Assembly (NCBI GenBank): GCA_047973445.1 | Contig: JBKEBY010000008.1 | Span: 68,812-132,811, forward strand | Direction: 5' to 3' | Length of the DNA: 64,000 nucleotides | Origin: Pseudomonas sp. | Lineage (GTDB): Bacteria; Pseudomonadota; Gammaproteobacteria; Pseudomonadales; Pseudomonadaceae | Shown here: piece after piece, positions 30,988 through 41,522 of the stretch | Numbering within the stretch: the stretch's first letter is position 1 | Layout: every line of letters starts with the position of its first letter | Position numbers and translations under genes: made by a program | The notes under the pieces: model-generated | The model's input: only the letters and a program-made list of their open reading frames with translations | Databases searched by the model: none | Told to the model about the DNA's origin: nothing

Positions 30988-31045
30988 GTCAGCAGCCGTG
31001 CCCCACACCTAGAATCCAGCCACCGCAGCCAACCCGAGAATGCAG

Positions 31046-32434
31046 ATGCTCGACGCCATTCGATGGGATACCGATCTGATCCGCCTGTACGATCAGCCTG
31101 GCCCCCGCTACACCTCGTATCCGACTGCAAGCCAGTTCAACGGCGACGTCAGTTCGTTCGATTTGTTGCATGCGCTGCGTGAAAGCCGCCAAGCCTCACG
31201 TCCCTTGTCGCTCTACATCCATCTGCCATTCTGCGCCAACGCCTGCTACTACTGCGCTCGCAACAAGGTCATCACCAAGGATCGAGGCCGGACGCTGCCC
31301 TACCTGGAGCGGCTGGAAAAGGAAATCGAGATGATCGCCCGCCATCTCGGCGACGACCAGGTCGTTCAGCAACTGCATCTCGGTGGCGGCACCCCCACCT
31401 TCCTCAGCCACGACGAACTGCGCCGACTTATGGCTCATCTGCGAGCAAACTTTCACTTGCAGGATGATGACCACGGTGACTTCAGTATCGAGATCGACCC
31501 TCGCGAAGCGGACTGGCCGACCATGGGGCTGCTCCGGGAACTGGGCTTCAATCGTGCGAGCATCGGCGTCCAGGCGCTCGACCTCGACGTACAGCGCGCC
31601 GTGAATCGACTACAGACCCTCGAGCAGACCCAGACCATCATAGAAGCCGCGCGAACACTGCAATACCGCTCGCTCAACATCGACCTCATCTACGGCTTGC
31701 CCCTGCAGACCCTTGAACGCTTCGAAGGCGCAGTCAAGGCGATGATCGAACTGCAGCCAGATCGACTATCGATCTTCAATTACAGCCACCAGCCCGAGCG
31801 CTTCATGTTGCAGCGGCGTATCAAACCCACAGAACTTCCCTCGACGACCGATAACCTGGCCATGTTGCAGCGCAGCATCGAACAACTGACCGATGCGGGC
31901 TACCGCTACATCGGCATGGACCATTTCGCCCTTCCCGACGACGAACTGGCAATGGCACAGGAAGACGGTACGCTGCAGCGCAACTTTCAGGGTTACACCA
32001 CCCATGGCCACTGTGACCTGATCGGCTTGGGCGTCTCGGCCATCAGTCAGGTTGGCAGTGTGTATTGCCAGAATGTCAGTGACATCACGCTTTATCAGCA
32101 ATCCATCGACCATGATCAGTTGGCGACCACGCGCGGGCTGCGTTGCAATGACGACGACCGCATCAGGAGCATGGTCATCCAGCGGCTGATCTGCGATTTC
32201 GAGCTGAGCTTCGAGATCATCGAACGCAGCTTCGGCATCGACTTCAGAGACTACTTTCAGGATATCTGGCCAAACCTGGAACGCATGCAGGCCGACGACC
32301 TTATCGAGCTGACCAATACCTCGCTCTCGATCAGGCCCGCCGGGCGACTGCTGGCTCATGCGATCTGCATGCAGTTCGATCAGTACCTACCCAAGCAGGC
32401 GCCATGCAGCGGCTCTCGCATCATCTACGCATAA
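31046..32434 (+). CDS. hemN: Oxygen-independent coproporphyrinogen III oxidase
   Basis: GPRYTSYPTA, CxxxCxxC, GGGTP and RNFQGY motifs. Confidence 0.93.
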   Translation: MLDAIRWDTDLIRLYDQPGPRYTSYPTASQFNGDVSSFDLLHALRESRQASRPLSLYIHLPFCANACYYCARNKVITKDRGRTLPYLERLEKEIEMIARHLGDDQVVQQLHLGGGTPTFLSHDELRRLMAHLRANFHLQDDDHGDFSIEIDPREADWPTMGLLRELGFNRASIGVQALDLDVQRAVNRLQTLEQTQTIIEAARTLQYRSLNIDLIYGLPLQTLERFEGAVKAMIELQPDRLSIFNYSHQPERFMLQRRIKPTELPSTTDNLAMLQRSIEQLTDAGYRYIGMDHFALPDDELAMAQEDGTLQRNFQGYTTHGHCDLIGLGVSAISQVGSVYCQNVSDITLYQQSIDHDQLATTRGLRCNDDDRIRSMVIQRLICDFELSFEIIERSFGIDFRDYFQDIWPNLERMQADDLIELTNTSLSIRPAGRLLAHAICMQFDQYLPKQAPCSGSRIIYA

Positions 32435-32536
32435 GAACCTCACCGGAAAGCCCCTGCAACTCTTGAGACATTCATTGGCTGTGCCCGGCTGGCTGGGTTA
32501 CCCTTGCGTGCATCAAAGAGGTATTCAGGAATCCGT

Positions 32537-33271
32537 ATGTCCGAGTCGATCAAGGTCCGCACGCAAAGGCAAGCTCATTGCAAGGATTGCAGCCTTTCCG
32601 GTCTTTGCCTGCCGCTGTCGCTAAACATGCAGGACATGGACGCGTTGGACGATATCGTCAAGCGTGGCCGGCCGCTGAAGAAAGGTGAAATGCTGTTTCG
32701 CCAGGGTGATTCTTTCAGCTCCGTATTCGCGATTCGCTCCGGCGCGCTGCGTACCTTCAGCGTCACCGACATTGGTGAAGAGCAGATCACCGGATTTCAC
32801 CTGCCCAGCGAACTGGTGGGACTATCGGGGATGGACACCGAACGCTATCCGGTTTCCGCCCAAGCCCTGGAAACCACATCGGTTTGCGAAATCCCCTTCG
32901 ACCGCCTCGACGAACTCAGCGTGATATTGCCGCAACTGCGGCGACAGTTGATGCGCATCATGAGCCGCGAAATTCGTGATGATCAGCAAATGATGCTGCT
33001 GCTCTCGAAGAAAACCGCTGACGAGCGCATCGCCACCTTTCTGATCAACCTCTCCGCGCGCTTCAGGGCCCGAGGGTTCTCCGCCAATCAATTCCGCCTA
33101 CCCATGTCACGCAACGAGATAGGAAGCTTCCTGGGCCTCGCCGTCGAAACCGTGTCACGTGTATTCACTCGCTTTCAGGCAAGCGAACTGCTTGAGGCCG
33201 AAGGCAAGGAAATACGCATTCTCGATCCCATTGGGTTGTGCGCCCTGGCCGGCGGTAACATGGACGCCTAA
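32537..33271 (+). CDS. anr: FNR-type regulator Anr/FnrA
   Basis: [11 protein letters not shown]-terminal cysteines, SVCEIP and [13 protein letters not shown]. Confidence 0.95.
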   Translation: MSESIKVRTQRQAHCKDCSLSGLCLPLSLNMQDMDALDDIVKRGRPLKKGEMLFRQGDSFSSVFAIRSGALRTFSVTDIGEEQITGFHLPSELVGLSGMDTERYPVSAQALETTSVCEIPFDRLDELSVILPQLRRQLMRIMSREIRDDQQMMLLLSKKTADERIATFLINLSARFRARGFSANQFRLPMSRNEIGSFLGLAVETVSRVFTRFQASELLEAEGKEIRILDPIGLCALAGGNMDA

Positions 33272-33288
33272 TCGGACCGGAGCCTTAC

Positions 33289-33837
33289 ATGATCTTTGAC
33301 GAATTCAGCATCAAGACCTTGATACGCCCCGTGAACGACTTTCCCAGTCCGGGCGTGATCTTCCGCGACATCACCCCGCTGCTGCAATCACCCAAGGCGC
33401 TACGCATGGTGGCCGACAGCCTGATTCAGCGCTACGTGGAAAGCGATTTCAGCCACATCGGGGCGCTGGATGCGCGAGGTTTCATCATCGGTTCCATTCT
33501 CGCCTACGAACTGAACAGGCCGCTGATCCTGTTTCGCAAGCAGGGCAAGCTGCCGGCCGACGTGCTCACCGAATCCTATCGCACCGAATATGGCGAAGCC
33601 TTTCTGGAGGTCCATGCTGATAGCCTCTGCGAAGGAGATTCGGTGCTGCTGATCGATGATCTCATCGCTACTGGCGGCACTTTCATCGCTGCGGCACAGC
33701 TCGTACGTCGTATGGGCGCCCATGTGTACGAGGCGGCAGCGGTCATCGATCTGCCGGAGCTCGGAGGCTCATGCAAGCTGCAGGATATGGGCATCCCCAC
33801 CTTCACACTGACAGCCTTTGGTCTGAACGACCGCTGA
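33289..33837 (+). CDS. apt: Adenine phosphoribosyltransferase
   Basis: [13 protein letters not shown] and [11 protein letters not shown] motifs. Confidence 0.95.
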   Translation: MIFDEFSIKTLIRPVNDFPSPGVIFRDITPLLQSPKALRMVADSLIQRYVESDFSHIGALDARGFIIGSILAYELNRPLILFRKQGKLPADVLTESYRTEYGEAFLEVHADSLCEGDSVLLIDDLIATGGTFIAAAQLVRRMGAHVYEAAAVIDLPELGGSCKLQDMGIPTFTLTAFGLNDR

Positions 33838-33968
33838 CAAGAGCCAATAGCGCAACGGCAAAACAAGCTCCGCCGTTGCGCTCGACCGTTTCGCTGGCCC
33901 CGGAACCTGCAGCGTGCGATGAGAGCGAGTTACAATCCAGGGCCAGTTTGTCCTCAAAGGCACGCACG

Positions 33969-34577
33969 ATGCTCAAACTCTTCCTCCAGTACGTGCTCAT
34001 CGGCACCCTGGCCTTCGCTGCTCCGTCCTTCGCTCTGGACAAGGAGGCGCTACTGGACGAGGCCAATCTGTTGCTGCTGCCTCGCGAACGCTCCCTGCCC
34101 AACCTTGAACTGATCGATCAGAACGGCCAGCCATTCCACACCCAAGCGCTTCGTGGCCGCTGGCATATTCTTTTCTTTGGTTTTACCGCCTGCCCGGATA
34201 TCTGCCCCACCACACTGAGCGACATGCGGCGCCTGCTCAGCCAGCTATCGCCTGACGTTCGCGAGCGTTTGCAACTGGTCCTGATTACCGCCGACCCAGC
34301 GCGCGACACACCGGAGCGACTGAAAACCTACCTAGGCTATTACCGTAGCGGCTTCATGGGCCTGACCGGTGAGATGGAGCAGCTGCAACGTCTGTCCAAG
34401 GCACTGGGGTTGCCCTTCGTTCCAGCCAACCAAACCGAAGGCGACTACAGCGTTGCCCACAGCGGCAACCTGGCGTTGGTGGCACCGGACGGCACGCTAC
34501 GGGGGCATATCCGTGCACCGCTAAAACTGGAAGGGTTGATAGAGGCATTGCCGACCATAGTCGAAGATAGTCGCTGA
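33969..34577 (+). CDS. SCO1/SenC family copper chaperone
   Basis: FFGFTACPDICP, DPARD and VAHSG motifs; signal peptide. Confidence 0.9.
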   Translation: MLKLFLQYVLIGTLAFAAPSFALDKEALLDEANLLLLPRERSLPNLELIDQNGQPFHTQALRGRWHILFFGFTACPDICPTTLSDMRRLLSQLSPDVRERLQLVLITADPARDTPERLKTYLGYYRSGFMGLTGEMEQLQRLSKALGLPFVPANQTEGDYSVAHSGNLALVAPDGTLRGHIRAPLKLEGLIEALPTIVEDSR

Positions 34578-34600
34578 ATAAGCGCTCTATCGCCCTTCGC

Positions 34601-36616
34601 CTACTCTCCCGGCCCTGCTCGACGCTGCTGATAGATCAGATCCACGATTTCCCCTTCGGGCACATAGCCACTCACCGCCTCGCGCAACAGCACACGAACC
34701 TGGGGATAGTCATCGTCCTCCACAGCCTTGAGCAATCGAGCCAGCAGGCTCTTGAGCACATCCCAGGTGAAGTATTCCTCGTCGGCCCGCATGATCATCG
34801 GGTGTTCGGTGGCGCTGACGTTGTCGCCGATCAGCAATTCCTCATACAGCTTTTCCCCTGGGCGCAAGCCAGTGAACTCGATGGCGATATCCCCGTGCGG
34901 ATTCTTCTCCGAACGCACGCTCAGGCCGGACAGATGAATCAGCTTCTCGGCCAGCTCGGCAATCTTCACCGGCTGCCCCATATCCAGCACGAACACATCA
35001 CCACCCTGCCCCATGGAACCCGCCTGGATGACCAACTGCGCGGCCTCGGGAATGGTCATGAAGTAACGGGTGATCTTCGGATGGGTCACAGTCACCGGCC
35101 CACCGTTGCGAATCTGCTGGTAGAAGCGCGGAATCACCGAGCCCGAGGAGCCCAGCACATTACCGAAACGCACCATGGTGAAGCGCGTCTTGTTGACGTG
35201 ATGTACCGCGTCATCAGCACCAAAAAGTACCGGCGCCGTTTCACGACTCAACGCCTGCAGAATCATCTCCGCCACGCGCTTGGTACTGCCCATCACGTTG
35301 GTGGGCCGCACAGCCTTGTCGGTAGAGATCAGAACGAAGTTGGCTACCCCGGCCTGCACCGCCGCCTGGGCCGTGTTCATGGTGCCAAGCACATTGTTCA
35401 GCACGCCTTCCGCGACATTGTGCTCCACCATGGGCACATGCTTGTACGCCGCTGCATGGTAGATCGTCTCCACCTGCCAGGTGCGCATCACGTCCAGCAG
35501 GCGCTCGGGATTACGGATGGAGCCCATGATCGGCACCAACCTCACCGGTAGCGAAGCCCGCTCGATCGTCCGCTCCAGTTCGATGTGAATGCTGTAAAGA
35601 TTGAATTCGCTGTGTTCGAACAACAGCAGCGTACGAGGCTTGTTCGCCAGAATCTGCCGGCACAGCTCCGAGCCAATCGAGCCGCCCGAACCAGTCACCA
35701 TCACGACCTTGTCGATAATGCACTGCTCGAACAGCGCCTGCTGCGGTGGCACTGCATCACGCCCGAGCAGATCCGCGATATCCACTTCCTGGATATCCTC
35801 GACCTTCACCCGGCCACTGGCCAGGTCCATGAAGCCCGGCACGCTGCGAACATGAAGTGGATAAGGCTCTAGCGTCTCCAGCACTTCACGCCGCCTGCCA
35901 CGCGACGCCGAAGGGATTGCCAACAGAATTTCATCAGCACCCGTTTCATCGATCATCTGCTGAATATGCTTGGGCGAATAAACTCGCAAACCGGCAATGG
36001 TGCGGTTGAAAAGATTGGGGTCATCGTCGATGAACGCAACCGGACGCATCGCGCGCCCAAGGCGCAAGGCCGCAACCAACTGGTTTCCCGCCGCACCGGC
36101 GCCATAAACCGCCACCTTGGGCAAACTCGCATCGCGACCTTTGAAGTTCATGAGCGAATCCGGGGAAAACCAGTCACCCATGAAGTACTGGCGCATCACC
36201 AGGCGCAGACCGCCGATCAGTACCAGGCTCAACCACCAATAGTTGAACACCATCGAACGCGGTATCAGCTTTGGCGCATCACTGCGCCAATAAACAGCCA
36301 AGGCAAGCAACAGGGCTGAAAGGGTAACGGCCTTCGCGATAGCCATCAGAGCGTCATTGCCGAAATAGCGCATCACCGCTCGGTACATGCCGAAGCGGAT
36401 AAAGAAAGGGATCGAAACCAGCGGTACTACGCCGAACAGCCAGGCATGCCCCCCAAGCGGCTCGACAAAATCAGCCTCCCCAAGACGGATGAAAAAAGCC
36501 AGCCAGAGTGCCACCCAGACCAATAGCACATCAGTCGATACCTGAATCGCCCGCTTGTAGCGTCTAGGTAGACGTACCAGACGAGCACGCAGCTTCTCTG
36601 CAAGTCTTAACACCAT
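34601..36616 (-). CDS. wbpM: UDP-GlcNAc 4,6-dehydratase WbpM/PglF type
   Basis: N-terminal TMs; TGSGGSIG, HAAAYKHVP, STDKAVRPTNVMG and GLRPGEKLYEEL motifs. Confidence 0.95.
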   Translation of the reverse strand: MVLRLAEKLRARLVRLPRRYKRAIQVSTDVLLVWVALWLAFFIRLGEADFVEPLGGHAWLFGVVPLVSIPFFIRFGMYRAVMRYFGNDALMAIAKAVTLSALLLALAVYWRSDAPKLIPRSMVFNYWWLSLVLIGGLRLVMRQYFMGDWFSPDSLMNFKGRDASLPKVAVYGAGAAGNQLVAALRLGRAMRPVAFIDDDPNLFNRTIAGLRVYSPKHIQQMIDETGADEILLAIPSASRGRRREVLETLEPYPLHVRSVPGFMDLASGRVKVEDIQEVDIADLLGRDAVPPQQALFEQCIIDKVVMVTGSGGSIGSELCRQILANKPRTLLLFEHSEFNLYSIHIELERTIERASLPVRLVPIMGSIRNPERLLDVMRTWQVETIYHAAAYKHVPMVEHNVAEGVLNNVLGTMNTAQAAVQAGVANFVLISTDKAVRPTNVMGSTKRVAEMILQALSRETAPVLFGADDAVHHVNKTRFTMVRFGNVLGSSGSVIPRFYQQIRNGGPVTVTHPKITRYFMTIPEAAQLVIQAGSMGQGGDVFVLDMGQPVKIAELAEKLIHLSGLSVRSEKNPHGDIAIEFTGLRPGEKLYEELLIGDNVSATEHPMIMRADEEYFTWDVLKSLLARLLKAVEDDDYPQVRVLLREAVSGYVPEGEIVDLIYQQRRAGPGE

Positions 36617-36620
36617 TACC

Positions 36621-37817
36621 TCACTTGATGGGGCGGTCAGAGCGCGCTGTCGCTTCGGTCATAACTTCTTTAATCACCGCGCAAGTCTTTTCGATTTCAG
36701 CTCCCGTTAGCGTCGGATGTACCAGAAACATCAGGCTGGTTTCACCCAACTCACGGGCAATCTCCAGACGATTCGCAGGTCGCCATCCCGTGTTGTCAAA
36801 CGCTTTTTCCAAATAAACCTCGGAGCAGGAACCTGAAAAACAGGGAACGCCCTTTGCCGATATTTCATTCAGAATTCGATCCCGACTCCAGCCCTCAGAC
36901 AATTCCCCGGGCTCGACAAAGACATAACATTTGTACCCGGCATGAAGAATCGCCTTTGGAATATCCGGCACCCGTAACCCCCTTAAGGCCTTGGCAGCAG
37001 ACCAGATACGCTCGCAGTTAGCTAAACGGCTCGCATGCCAAGTGTCCATCCGTCGTAGCTGTATACGCCCTATAACGGCTTGAACTTCCATCATTCGCCA
37101 ATTGGTACCGAAACTTTCATGTAACCAACGGAAGCCGGGAGCATGCTGGCGCTCATACACTGCATCCCAGCTCTTTCCGTGATCTTTCATGGACCACATA
37201 CGCTTCCAGAGTGAGCGGTCATCCGTAGTAACCATCCCCCCCTCGCCTCCGGTTGTCATGATCTTGTCCTGACAGAACGACCATGCACCGACATGCCCGA
37301 TGGATCCAACTGATCGCCCTTTGTAACGCGCCCCATGGGCTTGTGCGCAATCCTCAATAACCTTGAGGTCATGCTCAGCCGCCAAAGCCATTATCGGATC
37401 CATATCGCATGGCCAGCCTGCCAGATGCACACAAATCACTGCCTTCGTGCGTGAAGTAAGCACCGCACGGATGGTTTCGGCTGTGATGTTTTGCGAGTCA
37501 CGATCCACTTCTGCGAATACAGGCACAGCACCGGCATTAACGATGCTGGAAACCGAAGCGAGAAAAGTGCGTGGCGTTACGACCACCTCGTCGCCCTCGC
37601 CAATGCCCAGCGCGAGCAGCGCCACATCCAGCGCTACGGTGCCATTGGCCAGGGCGATCGCGTACTCGGTGCCGGCCCAAGCAGCGAATTCCTTCTCAAA
37701 CTCACGCCCTTCATGCCCAGTCCAATAATTGACTTTGTTGGAAAGGATCACACTGCGTACGGCATCGGCCTCTTCATCAGTAAAGGACGGCCAAGGGGAG
37801 AAAGGAGTGTTTAGCAC
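36621..37817 (-). CDS. DegT/DnrJ aminotransferase (UDP-4-keto-6-deoxy-GlcNAc aminotransferase, PglE-like role)
   Basis: IEDCAQAHG and SFCQDKIMTTGGEGG motifs; lies between the acetyltransferase and wbpM. Confidence 0.88.
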   Translation of the reverse strand: MLNTPFSPWPSFTDEEADAVRSVILSNKVNYWTGHEGREFEKEFAAWAGTEYAIALANGTVALDVALLALGIGEGDEVVVTPRTFLASVSSIVNAGAVPVFAEVDRDSQNITAETIRAVLTSRTKAVICVHLAGWPCDMDPIMALAAEHDLKVIEDCAQAHGARYKGRSVGSIGHVGAWSFCQDKIMTTGGEGGMVTTDDRSLWKRMWSMKDHGKSWDAVYERQHAPGFRWLHESFGTNWRMMEVQAVIGRIQLRRMDTWHASRLANCERIWSAAKALRGLRVPDIPKAILHAGYKCYVFVEPGELSEGWSRDRILNEISAKGVPCFSGSCSEVYLEKAFDNTGWRPANRLEIARELGETSLMFLVHPTLTGAEIEKTCAVIKEVMTEATARSDRPIK

Positions 37818-37908
37818 TTCAGTTCACTCTTTGATAGGTAATTAATAGAACAGCGGAGCAGTCATTCCCTTTTAGGGGAGACTGCCATCAGGCCAAAAAT
37901 TATTATTT

Positions 37909-38532
37909 TCAGGTGGAACTCAAGTCTCGAGCCGGCACACCAGCTACAGTCACCCCATCAGGCACATCGGCAATCACCGCAGCTCCGGCACCCACCATGA
38001 CCTCGCCGCCGATACGCACCAGTTGACGCACACTGGCTCCGATACCAATCCAGCTGAGATCGCCTACCCGAACCCCGCCGGCTAGTCGGGCACCGGGACT
38101 GACATGCACCACTTCGCCGAGCAGGCAGTCGTGATCAACGCTACAACCAGTATTCAAAATGGCGCCCAGACCAATCCGCACGTCGGCATTCACCACTACA
38201 CCGGCGAACACTACTGAGCCGATGCCTAAACACGCATGGCGACTGAGCGATGCGGATGGATGAACCAGCGTGATTAACCTAGCACCTGCCGCCTGTAGCT
38301 CAAGGAGCTTAGTCCGGCGAATCCGGTTGTCGCCGATAGCCACCAATACGCCGTCGAAACGCTCCAGCCCCGCCAGTAGCGCTATCGTGTCGCCCATTAC
38401 CGGCCAAGCGCCGTTACGCTGTTGCTTCGGCCAAGCATCATCAAAAAACTCGACCTGCCAGTCGTAGCACTCGGCAGTATCGGCGACGACCTTGCCATGG
38501 CCGCTGGCGCCAAGAATTGCCAGACGCTTCAT
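37909..38532 (-). CDS. PglD/NeuD-type hexapeptide acetyltransferase
   Basis: GASGHGKVV, AIGDNRIR, VDHDC and left-handed beta-helix repeats. Confidence 0.9.
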   Translation of the reverse strand: MKRLAILGASGHGKVVADTAECYDWQVEFFDDAWPKQQRNGAWPVMGDTIALLAGLERFDGVLVAIGDNRIRRTKLLELQAAGARLITLVHPSASLSRHACLGIGSVVFAGVVVNADVRIGLGAILNTGCSVDHDCLLGEVVHVSPGARLAGGVRVGDLSWIGIGASVRQLVRIGGEVMVGAGAAVIADVPDGVTVAGVPARDLSST

Positions 38533-40367
38533 GGGCGATTACCGGTGAATTTGCTCATGGTTGCCTCACCTTCACCGCTGATGCCATCACGCACCACGAC
38601 TTTATTGATGGTCATGAAGATGACCTTCAAATCCAACCAGAACGAACGATTATCCACATACCAGACATCCAGCCAGAATTTGTCCTCCCAGCTCAGCGCG
38701 TTCCTGCCGTTGACCTGCGCCCAGCCGGTCACGCCGGGTCGAACATCGTGTCGGCGGGACTGCTCGGGACTGTACAGCGGCAGGTATTCCATCAGCAACG
38801 GCCTAGGACCAACCAAGCTCATGTCACCTTTGAGCACATTCCACAGCTCGGGCAATTCGTCCAGGCTGGTTGAGCGCAGGAAACTGCCGAACGGCGTCAT
38901 ACGCTCGGAATCCGGCAGCGGGTTGCCGAGGGCATCCACGGCATCTCGCATGGTGCGGAACTTGATCATCTCGAACGGCTTGCCGTGCAGGCCCGGGCGC
39001 ACCTGGCGGAACAGCACAGGCGAGCCGAGCTTGCGGCGGATCAGCCAGGCGACGATGCCGATGACTGGGGAAAGCAGCAACAAACCGAAGGCCGAGGCCA
39101 GGATGTCGAACAGACGTTTAACGGCCGGCAGCGAGCGAACCTTTGGTTTGCTGGCCATCTGCAGGAACAACTCGCCGAATCGGGCAGCGCCCACGCGCAG
39201 GGAAAGCCGCTTCTGATAGAACTGGCGAGCGTTCTCGGCCATGGCTTGGCGTTCTTCCTGGCTAGCGTCATACAGCGCCAGCGCCGCATTGGCAATCGCC
39301 TGCGGGTTCTCCGACTCAGCGACTCGTCCACAGCCGCTGTCACACACCAGATCAGCGGCATCCCCATCTACTGCCATCAGGATCGGCTTACCAACCGCCA
39401 TGTAAGCCTGGGTCTTAGACGGAATAGTGATGCTGAACAGCGGATCCTTGCGCAGATGAACCAGCAGCGCATCGGCTGCATTCAGGTAGCTGCCAACCTC
39501 CGCCATGGGCACCGACGGCAAGAAGATCACGTTGGTCAGTTGTCTTTCTGCTGCCTGTTGCTGCAGACGTTGCACCTCGACGCCGCCGCCGAGGAGCACG
39601 AAAGTAATGTTTGCCGCCCGCTGCTGCAGTAACTGTGCGGCCTGCAGAACGGCATCCAGCGCCTGAGCCTTTCCCATATTGCCGGCGAACAGGATGCGGA
39701 ACTGCTGTCGGTCGGGGAAGCTGGTAGGAACCACGCCCCGGGGAGCGCCCAAGGCATCTTCCGCGCACCAGTTGTAAATCACCTCGATCTTGCCCTTCGG
39801 CACGCCACGCTCGATCAGTAGGCGCTTGAAACCGGGCGACAGCACCACGAGCTGATCAACTTGCCGATATACCCAGTTGCACACTTTGGAGACGACCTTC
39901 AAGGCGTTTTTGTTGGAGAACATGCCCGTCGCCCGCAGGGTATCTGGCCACATATCCTGAATGTCGTAGACCACCGGTACACGGCGGAACGTGCGAATCA
40001 ATGCAGCAGCAATACCTACGGTAAGTGGAGGATGATAGGCGTAAATCACATCTGGTCGCTTGGCAGCAAAAAGTCCGTAAAACAGCGAGGCTGTTGCAAA
40101 GCTGACATAGTTGAGCACTCGACCCACGGCACCCTGGTCATGACTGGGATAAAGCGGCACACGCGTCACCTGCACCCCATCGATGACTTCCCGCTGTATC
40201 AACCTGACCTTGTAGCCGGGATAGATTTTGCCACCCGGGTAGTTCGGAAAGCCAGTCAGGACTTCCACCTCGAAGCCTTGCCTGACCAGTTCACGAGCAA
40301 ACACCAGTCCCTTGAAGGTCGGTTCGGGATCGAACCACTGTGTCAGCAGCAGAACGCGGGTAGTCAT
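38529..40367 (-). CDS. Fusion of a GT4 glycosyltransferase (WbuB/WbjE-like) and a C-terminal PglC-type sugar phosphotransferase
   Basis: N-terminal GFPNYPGG, DMWPD and PSKTQAYMA; C-terminal KRLFD, KFRTM, SLDELPEL, SLVGPRP and PGVTGWAQVNGR; single 612-aa ORF. Confidence 0.9.
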   Translation of the reverse strand: MTTRVLLLTQWFDPEPTFKGLVFARELVRQGFEVEVLTGFPNYPGGKIYPGYKVRLIQREVIDGVQVTRVPLYPSHDQGAVGRVLNYVSFATASLFYGLFAAKRPDVIYAYHPPLTVGIAAALIRTFRRVPVVYDIQDMWPDTLRATGMFSNKNALKVVSKVCNWVYRQVDQLVVLSPGFKRLLIERGVPKGKIEVIYNWCAEDALGAPRGVVPTSFPDRQQFRILFAGNMGKAQALDAVLQAAQLLQQRAANITFVLLGGGVEVQRLQQQAAERQLTNVIFLPSVPMAEVGSYLNAADALLVHLRKDPLFSITIPSKTQAYMAVGKPILMAVDGDAADLVCDSGCGRVAESENPQAIANAALALYDASQEERQAMAENARQFYQKRLSLRVGAARFGELFLQMASKPKVRSLPAVKRLFDILASAFGLLLLSPVIGIVAWLIRRKLGSPVLFRQVRPGLHGKPFEMIKFRTMRDAVDALGNPLPDSERMTPFGSFLRSTSLDELPELWNVLKGDMSLVGPRPLLMEYLPLYSPEQSRRHDVRPGVTGWAQVNGRNALSWEDKFWLDVWYVDNRSFWLDLKVIFMTINKVVVRDGISGEGEATMSKFTGNRP

Positions 40368-40372
40368 GCGAC

Positions 40373-41503
40373 TTAGTACCTCTTCCAGACTGTACGCATC
40401 ACATAATCCCGATAGCTATGGATGATCCGCACAACCTTATCCGCCACGTTGGGCATGCTGTAGTCACCAACTAGGCGCAGAGTGCGCTCATCGCCACGGG
40501 CTTGGCTTTCGAGAATATGGAGCCCTTGCAGCACACGTTCCTTCTCAAGACCAACCATCATCGCTGCAGCTTCTTCCATGCCTTCCGGGCGCTCATGCGC
40601 CTCGCGGATATTCAACGCAGGGAAGTTCAGGATTGAAGATTCTTCATTGATGGTGCCACTGTCAGACAAAACTGCCTTGGCGACGAGTTGCAGCTTGTTG
40701 TAGTCCTTGAAACCCAGCGGCTTGAGCAGGCGAACATTGGCATGGAACTGCACACCCATCGCATCCACGCGCTTCTGGGTGCGCGGATGAGTTGAAACAA
40801 TCACCGGGTAATCGTACTGCTCAGCTACGGTATTCAGCACATCAACCAGCTTGAGGAAGTTTTTGTCGGAGTCGACATTTTCTTCACGGTGCGCACTGAC
40901 CACGAAAAACTTGCCAGCCTCAAGGCCCAGCCGTTCCAGCACATCGGATGCTTCGATGCCTTCACGATAGTGATTCAGTACCTCGAACATCGGACTACCG
41001 GTCTTGATCACCATGTCCGGCGACAACCCTTCGCGCAGCAGATAATCGCGGGCAATGGTGCTGTAGGTCAGGTTGATATCGGCCGTGTGATCAACGATGC
41101 GGCGATTGATTTCTTCCGGCACGCGCATGTCGAAGCAACGGTTACCCGCTTCCATATGGAAGGTGGGAATCTTGCGGCGCTTGGCCGGGATCACAGCCAT
41201 ACAACTGTTCGTATCACCCAGGACCAGAAGCGCTTCGGGCTGTACTTCAGCCAGCACGCGGTCCACAGCGATGATCACATTACCGATGGTTTCTGCACCG
41301 CTGGCACCGGCAGCATTGAGGAAATGATCCGGTTTGCGAATGCCCAGATCCTGGAAAAAGATTTCGTTCAGCTCATAGTCATAGTTCTGGCCGGTATGCA
41401 CCAGCACATGCTCACAATGTTCATCCAGCTTGGCCATCACCCGCGACAGACGAATGATTTCGGGGCGAGTACCTACTACGGTTACGACTCTCAGCTTTTT
41501 CAT
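40373..41503 (-). CDS. wbjD: UDP-sugar 2-epimerase of the L-FucNAc pathway (FnlC/WbjD)
   Basis: VGTRPEIIR, HTGQNYD and HMEAGNRCFD motifs; follows wbjC. Confidence 0.9.
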   Translation of the reverse strand: MKKLRVVTVVGTRPEIIRLSRVMAKLDEHCEHVLVHTGQNYDYELNEIFFQDLGIRKPDHFLNAAGASGAETIGNVIIAVDRVLAEVQPEALLVLGDTNSCMAVIPAKRRKIPTFHMEAGNRCFDMRVPEEINRRIVDHTADINLTYSTIARDYLLREGLSPDMVIKTGSPMFEVLNHYREGIEASDVLERLGLEAGKFFVVSAHREENVDSDKNFLKLVDVLNTVAEQYDYPVIVSTHPRTQKRVDAMGVQFHANVRLLKPLGFKDYNKLQLVAKAVLSDSGTINEESSILNFPALNIREAHERPEGMEEAAAMMVGLEKERVLQGLHILESQARGDERTLRLVGDYSMPNVADKVVRIIHSYRDYVMRTVWKRY

Positions 41504-41522
41504 TGCGGTTTCCTGTTCGTAC

